The position numbers were made by a program, and so were the translations under genes. From positions 248,001-312,000 of the forward strand of contig CM059453.1 in NCBI GenBank assembly GCA_030390025.1: DNA of 64,000 nucleotides. The letters run 5' to 3'. Each line of letters begins with the position of its first letter. The stretch's first letter is position 1. This DNA comes from Squalus acanthias. Lineage: Eukaryota. This document shows positions 1 through 11,810 of this stretch, piece by piece. The notes beneath the pieces were generated by a model, which was given only the letters and a program-made list of their open reading frames with translations, was not told the DNA's origin and did not search any database.

Positions 1-870
1 CTGCTAAGGGATATAGATAGACTGTGACTGTAAGGTGGCAGATGGAGAATAATGTCGGGAAATGTGAGGTTATTCACTTTCGTATGGTGAATAGCAAAGA
101 GAATATTTTTTAACTGGTGAGAAACTTTCAAATGCTGGTATTCAGAGAGATTTGGTTGTCCTCGTTCAAGAAACACAGAAAGCTAGCATACAGGTACAGC
201 AAACAATAAGGAAGGCAATGGTATGTTGGCCTTTATTCCAAGGGGGTTGGAGTATAAGAGTAAGGAAGTCTTCCTAAAATTGTACAGGGCCTTGGTGAGA
301 CCACACCTGGAGTACTGTGCACAGTTTTGTTCTCCTTATCTAAGGAGGAATATACTTGCCATGGAGGCGGTGCAACGAATGTTTACTAGGTTGATTCCTG
401 GGATGAGAGGGCTGTCCTATGATGAGAGCTTGTGAAGAATGGGCCTATACTCTCTGGAGTTTAGAAGAATCAGAGGTGATCTGTTTGAAACATACAAAAT
501 TCTGAAGGGGATTGACAGGCTAGACGTTGACAGGTTGTTTCTCCTGTCTGGTGTGTCTAGAAATAGGGGGCATAGTCCCAGGATAAGTGGTAGGCCATTT
601 AAGACCGAGATGAGGAGGAAATTCTTCGCTCAGAGGGTTGTGAATCTTTGGAATTCTCTGCCCCAGAGGGCTGTGGATGCTCAGTCTTTGAGTATATTCA
701 TGGCTGAGATAGATAGATTTTTGGACTCAAGGGGAATCAAGGAATATGGAGGTCCGACGGGAATGTGAAGGTGCGGTCGAAGTTCAGCCATGACCTTATT
801 GAATGGCGGAAAAGTCTCGAGGGGCCGTATGGCCTACTCCTGCTCCTATTTCTTATTTCTTATGTTCTTA
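1..870 (+). mobile_element. CR1 LINE 3' fragment (degenerate RT C-terminus and tail), intronic
   Basis: LYRALVRPHLEYCAQF ... LYSLEFRR..GDL ... FAQRVVNLWNSLP; tail ggcctactcctgctcctatttcttat. Confidence 0.93.
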
Positions 871-977
871 AGTCTTTCCTGACTACTGACGTCCTTCATC
901 GCGCAGGCGCAGTTGGCTTTCATTAAACATTCCAGTTAATTAAGAGAAGTGCCTCGTTTGCATTTGTTATTATTCAG

Positions 978-1065
978 GAAGAAACACGGAGAAGCTGCAC
1001 GTGTCTCCGAAGCACACGATGATTTGGTGATTTATAGTCGGGTGCAGTACGCACTAAAGGCTGAC
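978..1065 (+). CDS. Upstream gene B paralogue, exon 7 (ITIM VIYSRV); 5' part of the gene lies before the window
   Basis: 2 nt differences from 40774-40861; splice sites intact. Confidence 0.85.
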
Positions 1066-1844
1066 GTAAGTGATGCCAAGCTGGGCTGACAATTGAAGGA
1101 TGTTTGGTGTGCTTTCAACCAGCAATGACTCATTTGGGCAATACCAAACAGATAAACTGGAGTGTCAGAAAATTGTTGTCCATTAAGATGGATTAACCGC
1201 TTCACGTCACTAAGAGTGCAACATACCTACAGACTCTACGTGTAGTGACCTACTAAATCCAATTAGGGAGTATTTCTCACCTTGGCGTTCCTTCAAAAAA
1301 CAAATTCTTAATATAAGAATGCCTTGCCAATGTCATCTTACCCCCCTACCAATTAGGTCTCATCTGTTAAATGCCCAACAAGATCACAAAATGTCAGCGA
1401 CCCCAGAGGGGATAATCGTTGTCATTCCTCAGGTTTATTTGCAACTTCCGAATTGCATCTTGCTGCCGATGTGATCCCCATGGTCCACACCTTTGCGTAA
1501 GAAGGTTCTGGCTTCAGGCTTCGCCCCAGCATTTGAATCTATAATCTGGTCTGATACTTCACTTCAACACTGAAGGTGTGCAGCATTGCCGGAAGACCCG
1601 TCCTTTCGATAAGATGTTAAACGAGGCCACGTTTGTTTCCTCGTATGGAGGGAAACGATCATATGGTCCTACTGTGGTGACGGATGAGAGTTTTCCCAGT
1701 GCCCTTTCTAACATTTCTCCCTCAATGAACACCAGCTAAAACAGATTAATTCGACATTCATCCAATTAAGTGGTTGCTGCATTTTTCCTACAATAGCGGC
1801 AGGAATTCAAAAGTTATTATTGCATAGCAGTGCTTCGGTCTTAA

Positions 1845-2560
1845 TAATCACAGAATCATACAGCCCAGAAAGAGGCCATTCAGCCCACGGTGCATGTGCT
1901 GCCTGTTTTAAAGAGCTAAACAATTAGTCACACTACACTGCTTTTTGCCCATAGCCCTGATTTAATTTTTTTTTCATATTCACGCATATATCCATTTCCC
2001 CTTTGAAAGTCACTACTGAATCTGTTTCCAATGCCCTTTGAGAAGTGCATTCCAGATCACAACAACCCGCTGAGTTAAAAAAAACCTTCTCACCTCTAAT
2101 TTTGTTCTTGACCCAAATATCTTCAATCTGTGTTATCTGGTTAGCGAAGCTCCTGCCAGTGTAAACAATCTGTCCTTATTTACTGTAACAAAATTCTGCA
2201 GAATTTTGATCACCAATATCTGATCTCCCTTTATCATTCTCTACACTAAGGAGAACAACTCCAGGTTCCCTCGACTCTCCGTTTAAGTGCAGTCCCTCAT
2301 TCCTCCTATAATTCTGGCAAATTAGCTCTGTACGCTCTCTAATGCATTGACATCCTTTTGACAGTGTTATGCAAGAATTGGACACAATACTCCAGCCGAG
2401 GCATAACCACTGATGTGTAAAGATTCAGCGTATCTTCCTTGTTTTCATAATCTGTACCTCAAGTTATAAAAACCCGGATCAAGTATGCTATTTAGAAGCC
2501 TAGAATCATAGATTGTTATAGAATAGAAAGCCACATTTTAGCCCGTGGTACCTGTGCTGG
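1845..2560 (-). mobile_element. Old CR1 3' fragments and tails (duplicate at about 41645-42360)
   Basis: agaatcatacagcccagaaagaggccattcagccc tail. Also gcattccagatcacaacaacc and aattggacacaatactccagc (LEYCVQF on the minus strand). Confidence 0.7.
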
Positions 2561-2807
2561 CTGTTTGAAAGAGGTTCCCAATTTAGTGGCACAACCCAGC
2601 CTTATCGACTCGTCCAGATATACAATTGCACGTTCTTTATTTCTTGCATCAAGACTTAACAACGCTCATTTCATGGATCAGTACCATTAGAAAACTTACC
2701 AGTGATAAAATAGTTAGATTTGTTCTGTTGCAGACAGCACACTCCCATCGCATTCTGATCCATATCTGCAATAACTTCAAATCTAACACAAATACCTTAT
2801 GTTACAG

Positions 2808-2975
2808 AGGGACGATCAGTGTACAGAGGCTGCTCGTGGCACCGCACAATCGACTAAACCAGCTCAGAATGACGAGATTGCGTACGCGACCGTCAATTTC
2901 ACCAACTATCGCAAACATGATAAATATATTCAAAATGAGGAGAACTGCGAATATGCAGCAATTAAACAGAACTGA
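2808..2975 (+). CDS. Upstream gene B paralogue, terminal exon (IAYATV, CEYAAI)
   Basis: Reads RDDQCTEAARGTAQSTKPAQNDEIAYATVNFTNYRKHDKYIQNEENCEYAAIKQN* after a gttacag acceptor. Confidence 0.87.
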   Translation, partial: RDDQCTEAARGTAQSTKPAQNDEIAYATVNFTNYRKHDKYIQNEENCEYAAIKQN

Positions 2976-3353
2976 AAGTTAACAGGAGTTATACTGTCAG
3001 CGCGGATGGTCTTGAGACTGACAATACTTTAAAACACCTGATGACATAAAGTAAATCAAACACCTTTGCATTGCAACAAGGACTATGAGAATGGTGGTCG
3101 TTCAGAAAACCGTTCGCATGTTTTGATTTACGTTCCCAAAGTCGAGTTCATTGTAGTAGGTTTGACAGTGTGAATTATTCATTAATGTAACTTTTCAAAT
3201 GTTTTCATATATTCTTTGAAAATAACAATTTTACAAACCATTTCTAAATCGTCTCTGTCTGTTAATCTATTGAAATCCATTGGCCCACAGTATGAACACT
3301 CACAACCGGGGATCAGGTTGCCAAAAAAGCTTGCAAAGAAACACCAGAGACAA

Positions 3354-5650
3354 TGGCCCTGAATTTCCGTTCGGAGGCTTCCTGCGGGCGGATGCCTCCG
3401 ATCGGAAAAACATCTACCAACTTACCTGCTGGTTCCGTAGATACCGAGGCTTGCGATCCTGGGACTCTCCTCTTCGATAATGCGCAGAGGCCCAGGTATC
3501 CCAATGGGCGCATGCGCTTCGCAAGCGCCCCTGGGATAACGTGGGCTGGGCTAACCAATGGAAGAAAGGAATCCCCCTTCATCCTTTTGAGTGTTCCGTC
3601 AGCACAGAACTGTCAAAAGTATGAATGGGATGAGTACAAAAATGCATCAACACACTGAAATAAATAAAGAAAAACCATTACAAATGTAAAATTAATTAAA
3701 TTGCCATTTTATTAAATATTTTAAACAAAAAATTAATTTTTTGAAAAATAATTTAAATGTTTTAAATCAGCTAAAATAACCTTACATTACTGCAAAGGTT
3801 TTTTAATGTTTAAATGATTTAAAAATATTTTTAACGTTATTTTAAACACTTATACTGGGCGTAAGAATTCTATGGCCTTTCAGCGGGCGTAAGTTGTGCA
3901 AAAAGCGCAACTCTCCACCCGCAGAGGCCCATCTCCGGTGATGCGGAGGATCTGTCAAGAAGATTTTTGACAGATCGCAAGTGCCGGGTATTAGCGCATT
4001 CGCTTTGCATGCCCCTACGGGTGCGTACACATCTCGTACGCATCAGTAGGGGTCGCAAAATTAGGCGCCTAAAAATCTGGTGCTAATTTAAAGAGATCCA
4101 TAATTATGCGCATAGACGAGTTCTGGCGAGAGATCCAAATAATTTTAAGTTGTCAGCCCTGGAATTGCGTTGTCTGAGATGGCAGAGTATGCCGTCGTAA
4201 TCCCTTTGAGATGCGCTGTAATTCCAGATTTCTGGAACTTGCGACCTGTCAACCTAAGTATTGACTGGCCATCCGCAGGGGCTCTGATGATGCAATCGCT
4301 GGCGCTGAGTTTGGCTATTTGCCCAGCGACTACCCAGCAATTGCTCATGTAAGTCTTGCGGTTCATGCAAGCGAAGAGCCTGTTTACATCAGCGTAAGGA
4401 CATATCTACGGCTTAAATAAAACATTTACAAATCCAAATTGTATGCACATACACTGTATTAAATGTGTTTATGCAAATACTGGACCGATACCAGTTTGAA
4501 GATGTATGAAATTATTATCAAATAAATATATTTTTGTTGGCCCTGAATTTGCGGTCGGAAAAATACTTCCGGCGTACACCTCTCACCTGCGAAACATTCC
4601 TGAACTTACACATTGGCTCCACTGCTACGGAGAATTCGGATCCTGGGCCTCGCGGCGTACGCCTGCTAAAGGCTCCTTGATCCCAGGGACGCAGACAGTG
4701 CGGGAGCGTCCTTGGGATCGCGTAGGCCGGGTCCTCCAATTAGAATGGGGGATTCCATTGCAGTCATTTACGAAGGGAATCCACTAATGATATGCAAGGG
4801 AATCCACAAATAACTATACAATTCAGACAACTCCAATAAATATAAATGTTCTTTTTTTCAAATTTAATTAAAAGTCCCTCAATCACACCAAACAAAATAA
4901 ATAAATATTTTTTGAAAAATAATTGTAAACATTTTCAGCCGGGCCAATATTTGCATAAACGAATTGTAAGTGTCTGTGTATCTTTTTTTTATTTTTACAT
5001 TTTTAAATCAAGATTTATTTTAACAGTTACGCAAGTGAAAGCAAGCCCTACGCCTGCGTTTAACAGCCATCAGTGCTTCGTGGGCACTTGCTGGGCAGTA
5101 GTTGGGCAAATAGCTCAACTGTGCGCCAGCGAATGTGATTTATCTGTCGGTTGTTTAGATCTGTCCAGGCGTACCTGGACAGATCGCAAGTTCCGCGTTT
5201 GCGCGCATGCACAACACATTTGTAGACCCGGAATTTGCGGGGTCCAAACTGAAGGATTAGGATGGCATAGGCTGAGCGTATGCCGTCAAAGACACCATAA
5301 ATTCTGGCCCATTGAGTTTGGTGGAATGAAGGTAATTATGAATAAAATTCCAATTCTGTTAATTGTGTAAGTTTCACATTTGGGATTCCACTGCATGTCA
5401 ATAGGGAATTCCCTTCGTAAATGACTGCAATGGAATTCTCGTTTGTCATTGGAGGACCAGGCCCATGTGATCCCAAGTACGCCTGTGCCCCTGGGGATCC
5501 GTGGGCCATTAAGTTGCCCTCCGCCACGAGGCCTGAGACCGCAACTTTTGGCAGCCTGGCTCCAGCAGGTAATTTCGTAATTGTTTGGCCGGTCGGAGGC
5601 GTATTTCCAGCCCATCATTTATTCGGACGTATTTTATTTGAGCCCTGATT
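3354..5650. mobile_element. Cluster of non-autonomous MITE-like elements (about 720-770 bp; 3354-4070, 4539-5310, plus partial copies); duplicate at 43142-45450, related copy at about 7660-8350
   Basis: Ends GGCCCTGAATTT ... AAATTCTGGCCC, AT-rich core, shared GC-rich subterminal motifs (gggatcacgtgggcc, ccaat..gaattc, acagatcgcaagttcc). Confidence 0.6.
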
Positions 5651-6623
5651 GTGCATCTGGGCTAAAAAAAATCTCAGGACCTGTCAATCTGTTTTCCGCT
5701 CACTCACGACAACACGTGACTTTCTGCTTTTTTGACGATTTAATTTGCTCCAATCAGGCTCCGCCCACATAGCTGACCATGCATTCAAGTGAAATTGCGG
5801 GAGGGTGTAATTACAGTTTGATCAGTTCACACAGACAGTTTCCATTAGAAATGAGCCCACAGGACGTTATGGTGGGAAATGTTGACAGTAATTGCATCAG
5901 ATGCATTTTTGAAATATTTTCTTATTCGATCTTCCGAGTCACTCGACGTGTGGCAGATCAGAGAGTCGGTCTCTATTACGTTTCTCTGAGGACTTCTAAT
6001 TGCGAGTTTGCTTCCTCTATCTCCTCTTTCGCTACTCTCACTCTCTCGTTCACTCGTTCTCTGATCTCTTGTGCATCTCATCCATTAACTCTTTCCACTT
6101 CGGTCTCGCCCCCGTCTGATTCTCTAAATATCTGTAACTTTCTTGTGTGCTTTCAGTGTCATTGTTATTGCATGGTCCGGTGCGGAAAGGAGTCACCAAT
6201 GCATGTATGCTTAATTTGTCCTGCCAAATTCAGGGAAAATGCGGTGACAATAATTCCCTTTCCATCTGTTCGCCAATCATTTATGCTTCCCCAATCTCTT
6301 CAATCTAATCACATCGCCTACCCCGTCAAGTTCCCACTGCTCCCTCACTTTTCTATAATCGCCACACTACCAGAATTCCCCATAAGTCTGTCAAACTTCC
6401 ACTTGCTCCTTTCTTAACCGTCCGTTCACGAGAACAGTTTTTCACAAGGGTAAAGTCAGAGCTCCCTCTCTCGCAGCTTCTTTTCCCAGGATCCTTTCCC
6501 TCACGTTCCTCTCCTCCTTTCCTCTTTCTTCCCCGAAAAGATGCATTGTTTGATTTCAAAATATAAAAAAAAATTATGAAAGGAAATTACCTTACAATAT
6601 AGAAGTAAACCATACAGACCGCC

Positions 6624-6795
6624 GATGATAGATAAATAGATTCATAGATAGATAGTTAGAAAGATAGATAGAAAGATGGATAGTCATAACGGCAAAGGAG
6701 GACGACATTAGGCCCATAGACTCCATGCCGGAAAAATCGTCCCCTACATCGGGGAATTGACCCGCGGTCTCCCATGTAACAGGCGGGGATGGTCT
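6624..6795 (-). pseudogene. tRNA-Asp-derived element, unit 1 copy, cut by assembly gap
   Basis: ATCCCCGCCTGTTACATGGGAGACCGCGGGTCAATTCCCCGA on the minus strand; anticodon mutated. Confidence 0.68.
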
Positions 6796-7053
6796 NNNNN
6801 NNNNNNNNNNNNNNNNNNNNNNNNNNNNNNNNNNNNNNNNNNNNNNNNNNNNNNNNNNNNNNNNNNNNNNNNNNNNNNNNNNNNNNNNNNNNNNNNNNNN
6901 NNNNNNNNNNNNNNNNNNNNNNNNNNNNNNNNNNNNNNNNNNNNNNNNNNNNNNNNNNNNNNNNNNNNNNNNNNNNNNNNNNNNNNNNNNNNNNNNNNNN
7001 NNNNNNNNNNNNNNNNNNNNNNNNNNNNNNNNNNNNNNNNNNNNNNNNNNNNN
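6796..7053. other. Assembly gap (258 N)
   Basis: Run of N. Confidence 1.
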
Positions 7054-8962
7054 CTCTTTGCTATATCTTCAATTACACCCCGGCACAAAAGTGGAGCTGT
7101 GGATTCCGCGTTAATTTGTTTAATATTAATGTACATTCCAATTACAACGGCCGAGCTCATGTTAATAATATACACCGCTGTCTTTTCAATGTGCTGTTTA
7201 GAATTCCAACGGTATTCTGACACAGTGACATCTCAACAATAGTTTCTCCCTTGTACCGTTTCTCAGATTGCCATTTCAAGTTGTGTATGTGTTTAACATT
7301 CGTAATTTATTATCACACAGTATTAATCTGAGGCGAGTAATTTATTCATGCACAACTATCACACGGCGCCATTTAAAACCACTCCTGTACTTGTACATGA
7401 TCGAACAATATAATTTAAAGGCAGTAAATTTTCCATTTCTTATCATGCAAACAAAACTCGTTTAACAAAGAGAAGAATTCCATCTGTTTCCCTTGAATGA
7501 AACTTTGAGCGAATCGATTCTCATTTTGACTATTCATGAATCTCTGGACTGCTGCATGTTGGAAATGCAGAGCCAGCAATACACTAATGCGACTATTGTC
7601 GATTATCATTAATAGTTTTAATCCAGGAAAAGACTGGGACTAATGGGAAAAAAATTGGGCTTGGAGGTGTACTTCCAGCGTACGCCTCCGACCGGTGAAA
7701 GAAATATGCATCTACAAGATGTCGGCGAGGTTGCGAAAACTTGCTGTCTGACGATGCGAGGCGGAGGGCAGTGAAAGGGCTTTAAGATCCCAGGGATGCA
7801 GGCGGTGCGGAAGTGCATCCGGGGTCACGTGGGCCTGGTCCTCCAATCACAAAGCAGAATTCGATTTCAATCATTTCCGAAGGGAATCCTGTAATGAGAT
7901 GTAATAGAATCCCGAAACCAATCTAATTACAATTTACAGAATTGGAATTTAGATCGTAATTAGCATCATTCCACCAACCTCACTAAAAATTTATTGTTTT
8001 CATAATAATTTTCAACATCTATCAAACTCTAATCTGGGAAAATATTTGCGGAAACTCATTTGATACAGTGTATGTGTATAATTTTAGATATTAAAAGCGT
8101 TCAATCATGCCTGAAAAATCCCCTTACGCAGATGCAAACAGGCCCTTTTCCTGTTCGCATCAACCGTAAAATTTCCGTGCGCAATTTCTGGCCAGCAATT
8201 GATTTCTCTTGGTCCGCGCGGCTGGCCTGTCAACACGTACGCTGACAGACCGCAAGTTCCAGAAAGCGCATGCAGAAATCCCGAACTTGCAGTGAATTTC
8301 AAAGAAGGAATTGCATCGTACTCTATCCCGCAACACCAACTGCAAAATCCACGCCAATATACAATATTGTGGCTAAAGGGCACTGGGAGTGCAAAGTTAG
8401 ATAACTAATTTTTACTTCGCCTACCTTCACCAATTGAAAACTAACACAGTGAAATGCGATGGGATATCTTTTTGCTGATAGCTATAAGAGTTTGATATGG
8501 AGAGTTTGAGCAGTGCCATGGATAGGGAATGGGACAAACATCAAAATGGGTCATCTTTAATTCATCGTTAAACTGCCAATAATTGAGAGCGAGGCTACAA
8601 AGGCGTGAAACTATTTAAACGTCAAACTTCTGCAGAAGAGCTGTTGAACTGCGACTGTTGTAAACGTAACTGAGACAAGAGATGCACCGTCTGATGTGTG
8701 CATTGGCACCTGCAATGGTTCCTGAAGATTATCTCCAATTTGTATTCCCAGTGAAATCGAAAAGAGTTGAAGACAAAACGCATACCAGCCAAAAGTATTA
8801 GCTAATGGATCCAATCTAGCAGTTTGCACTGTTTATAAATGGGGAAAAGCACAACTAAATATAGGTCATAGGCTGAAATCTAAAGAGGAGGTTCGAATGG
8901 CTCATGTGTACATTAACAGACACCCAACAATGACTTCGCGATTGGATTGTGATATATTGTTT

Positions 8963-9052
8963 TGGGTGGTTTATATATAGAATAACGGATACTCGGTGAG
9001 TGATTTACAGGCTGGAATCTAATCGAGGGTTTCGTGCGGTTTATATATAGAA
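8963..9052 (+). repeat. Roughly one-unit relic of a shark tandem-repeat monomer
   Basis: ggtttatatatagaa occurs twice about 70 bp apart, flanking ctggaatctaatcgaggg. Recognised from memory only. Confidence 0.35.
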
Positions 9053-9679
9053 AGTGCTGTGCAACCAATGGATTTATTATTTACTAATTGCCTCGCTGGT
9101 TTATATCAGATCTAACACATGAGTTCTGAGGGTGAAGTCTGCGCCAGGTGTAAGCCGGTCCCATGCTTCAAGCGCAGGTCTGTGCGTGGCTGGCAGCGGC
9201 CACACTATGAATGACATCGACGCGAAATGGATGAAACAGCCAGTGAACCAATTCCTGATCACTGCCGAGTGACGCCTTCCAACATGATCACCGGGCCCGT
9301 TTCTTGGCTGAGTAAGTCCAGGACGAGGCACAACTGTGAGCAATGAGTCAATTGGCAGCCAGTGCACTTGAGTTAACAATGTCCACTGGATCCAAGAGAA
9401 CAATTAAAAGTACTATAACCGTGCGCTAGCCAGATTAGAAATTCATCGCAGGCGGTACGTAAAACTAGCATTATCGCATCGCAGGGAATTAACTAATAAG
9501 AGGGGCGTATGAAAGGCGGCCATTCCGTTTTGCACTTCCGTCCAAGAAACATCCTACTCCAACGTGTTGTGAAACGGAAGGATACATTGGGAACTGACAA
9601 GAACAGTCAGTTAGTGGTAAGTAGCTTTAGATCTCCCGTGTACTGACAGTGTGTCACTTGATTAAATACAGTGGCTACA

Positions 9680-9713
9680 CCGCGCCACCTACTGGCCGTA
9701 GCCAGATACTGCA
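9680..9713 (-). promoter_or_regulatory. CTCF-binding motif with upstream module
   Basis: Minus strand TGCAGTATC-N6-CGGCCAGTAGGTGGCGCGG. Confidence 0.65.
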
Positions 9714-9861
9714 CATTCATCCGAATTCGCCATAATAACTATATTTACATGTCGGTAAAATACAGAATGCCAAGGTAAGAGAGACCCGAGTGAATGTCTC
9801 TATCCCCGTATGTTGTGTTTACCAACACTGATTCTGTTTAAATCGAAGCATAAAGCATTGG

Positions 9862-10230
9862 TATCACTGTACCACGTGTTCTTTGTCTATCTGTACCACG
9901 TGTTCTTTGTGTATCTGTACCACGTGTCCTTATTGGAGCTGTACAACGTGTTCTTTGTGTATCTGTACCACGTGTTCTTTGTGTCCCTGTACCACGTGTT
10001 CTTTGTTTATCTGTACCACGTATTTTTATTGAATCTGTACCACGTTTCCTTGGTGTATCTGCACCACGTGTTCTTTGTGTCTCTGTACCACGTGTTATTT
10101 CTTTATCTGTACCACGTGTTCTTTGTGTCTCTGTCCCAAGTCTTCATTATTTATCTGTAAAACGTCTTCTTATTGGGTCGGTACCACTTGTTATTGTTGT
10201 ATCTTTATCAAGTGTTCTTTGTCTACCTGT
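9862..10230 (+). repeat. 24-bp minisatellite (CTGTACCACGTGTTCTTTGTGTAT), about 12 good units then decaying
   Basis: Direct periodicity; only about 1.5 units at 47385-47425. Confidence 0.92.
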
Positions 10231-11159
10231 GGCAGTTTCTCTGAATCTCAAAATTTCAGTTTCTTTGTCTAAACGAACCAATTATAACAACGAAGAGATA
10301 CGACACGTTTTTACAATCAAGACATTGGAATCGCTCGTTGTTCATTATTGCAGTATTTGCCCCAATATTCTCCATTTCCAACTTGAAAGCTTGATGGAGT
10401 TCGATTTCTCCAATATCTCGCTTAAGCTGCTATTTTGCAGATGCCTCCCTTCACTACGAGGTTTGTCCCGAGGCCCAATACCCCGGAGTCTGCTCCTGTC
10501 CACACTGGATATTGAAATGGTTTCTTGCAGTAGGGTTCACTGAAAAGCGATAAAGACTATGGATGAATTGCCCCTCTCTAACCCGGGGATCCGAATCCAT
10601 TTGGATTCCCTCAGCAAAGATTGATCAATTGCCGAATTGATTACTTTCGGAGCTGCAATGCTCAACTGCATCGGTTAAAGCCATTGAGAGCAATTGTGCG
10701 ACGCAGTGCACTGCCACCACCCGGGTAACCTAAAGCTGATCTATTACAGAAGGAGGAAGCGTCCGCGGACGAAGGAATGTGGAGTAACGGGTAACCGTGC
10801 ACTCTGATATCCATAATGCTACATGTCCGTGTCCAATCGATAGATACAGTGCAAGGGAAATCTGACTGATACTTCACAGCCTTCTCATCGGATTAGACAT
10901 GTTAATCACGCTGTAAACTGATGGAAGGTTTGGACCAATGGGTGCAGTGCAGACCCATGTTGCCGCCTGTGAACACAATAAAATTCAAGCTACTGCCTTT
11001 GTGTTGACTATTGCCTGTTATTGAATCATTCTGAGCTGCTTCCAAACATATTATGAACTGTATTAATACACTATTAAACAGGAGAGCCAACCGGGTTATT
11101 GAAGCGATTTCACTGTCAGGATGATTAGTTAGCATTTTTTGGGCAATTTGCAGGTCCAC

Positions 11160-11645
11160 ATAATGGTTGTGTTACTGGAGTAGTAAACCAGAGGCCTGGA
11201 CTAATGATCCGGAGACATGAGTTCAAATCCACCACGGCAGCTGCGGGAATTTCAATTCAGTTAATTAAATAAATCTGGAATAGAAAGCCAGTATCAGTAA
11301 TGCTGACCATGAAACTACCAGATTTTCGGAAAAACCCAATTGCTTCACTACTGTCCTTTAGGGAAGAAAATCTGCCGTCCTTGCCCCGTCTGGCCTACAT
11401 GTGATTCCCGAACCACAGCTATGTGGTTAACACTTAAAGGCACTATGAAATGGCGGAGCAAGCCACTCAGTTAAGGGCAATTTGGGATAGGCAATAAATG
11501 CTGGCCTTGACAGCGAGCCCCACATCACGTGAATGAATAAACACAAATATTGCACCTGTTCAAAAGGCGCCTCAGCACCCCCTTCTCAAGGGAAACTAGA
11601 GATGGGCAATAAATGCCGGATTTGCCAGCGACGCCCCCCGCCGAG
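11160..11645 (+). mobile_element. Shark SINE with LINE-derived tail (family not named; copies at about 26200-26610, 48250-48730, 60030-60445)
   Basis: B-box-like gagttcaaatcc, body taaataaatctggaat..ccttagggaaggaaatctg, tail aagggcaattagggatgggcaataaatgctggcc. Recurs at non-orthologous positions. Confidence 0.65.
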
Positions 11646-11810
11646 AGATATTTTAAAAATGTTCCTGCATTTTTCCCACGGCCAATTTTCCAATTATGCC
11701 CCCTTCTCAACATCTTGTTTCTTGTTGAAATGTGATTCCCGCCGGTAGCTCTCAAATGATCAGATCTTAGCTTGCAAGCCTCAAAGGGATTGTCGGCGGG
11801 ATTTTTAACA

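Noticed and set aside
2626-2982. ORF-track proteins 2626-2982 and 42515-42769
   Set aside because: They overlap the real terminal exon in the wrong frame; the ITIM frame is the spliced one.
6744-7242. ORFs spanning the N run
   Set aside because: Artefacts of translating through the gap.
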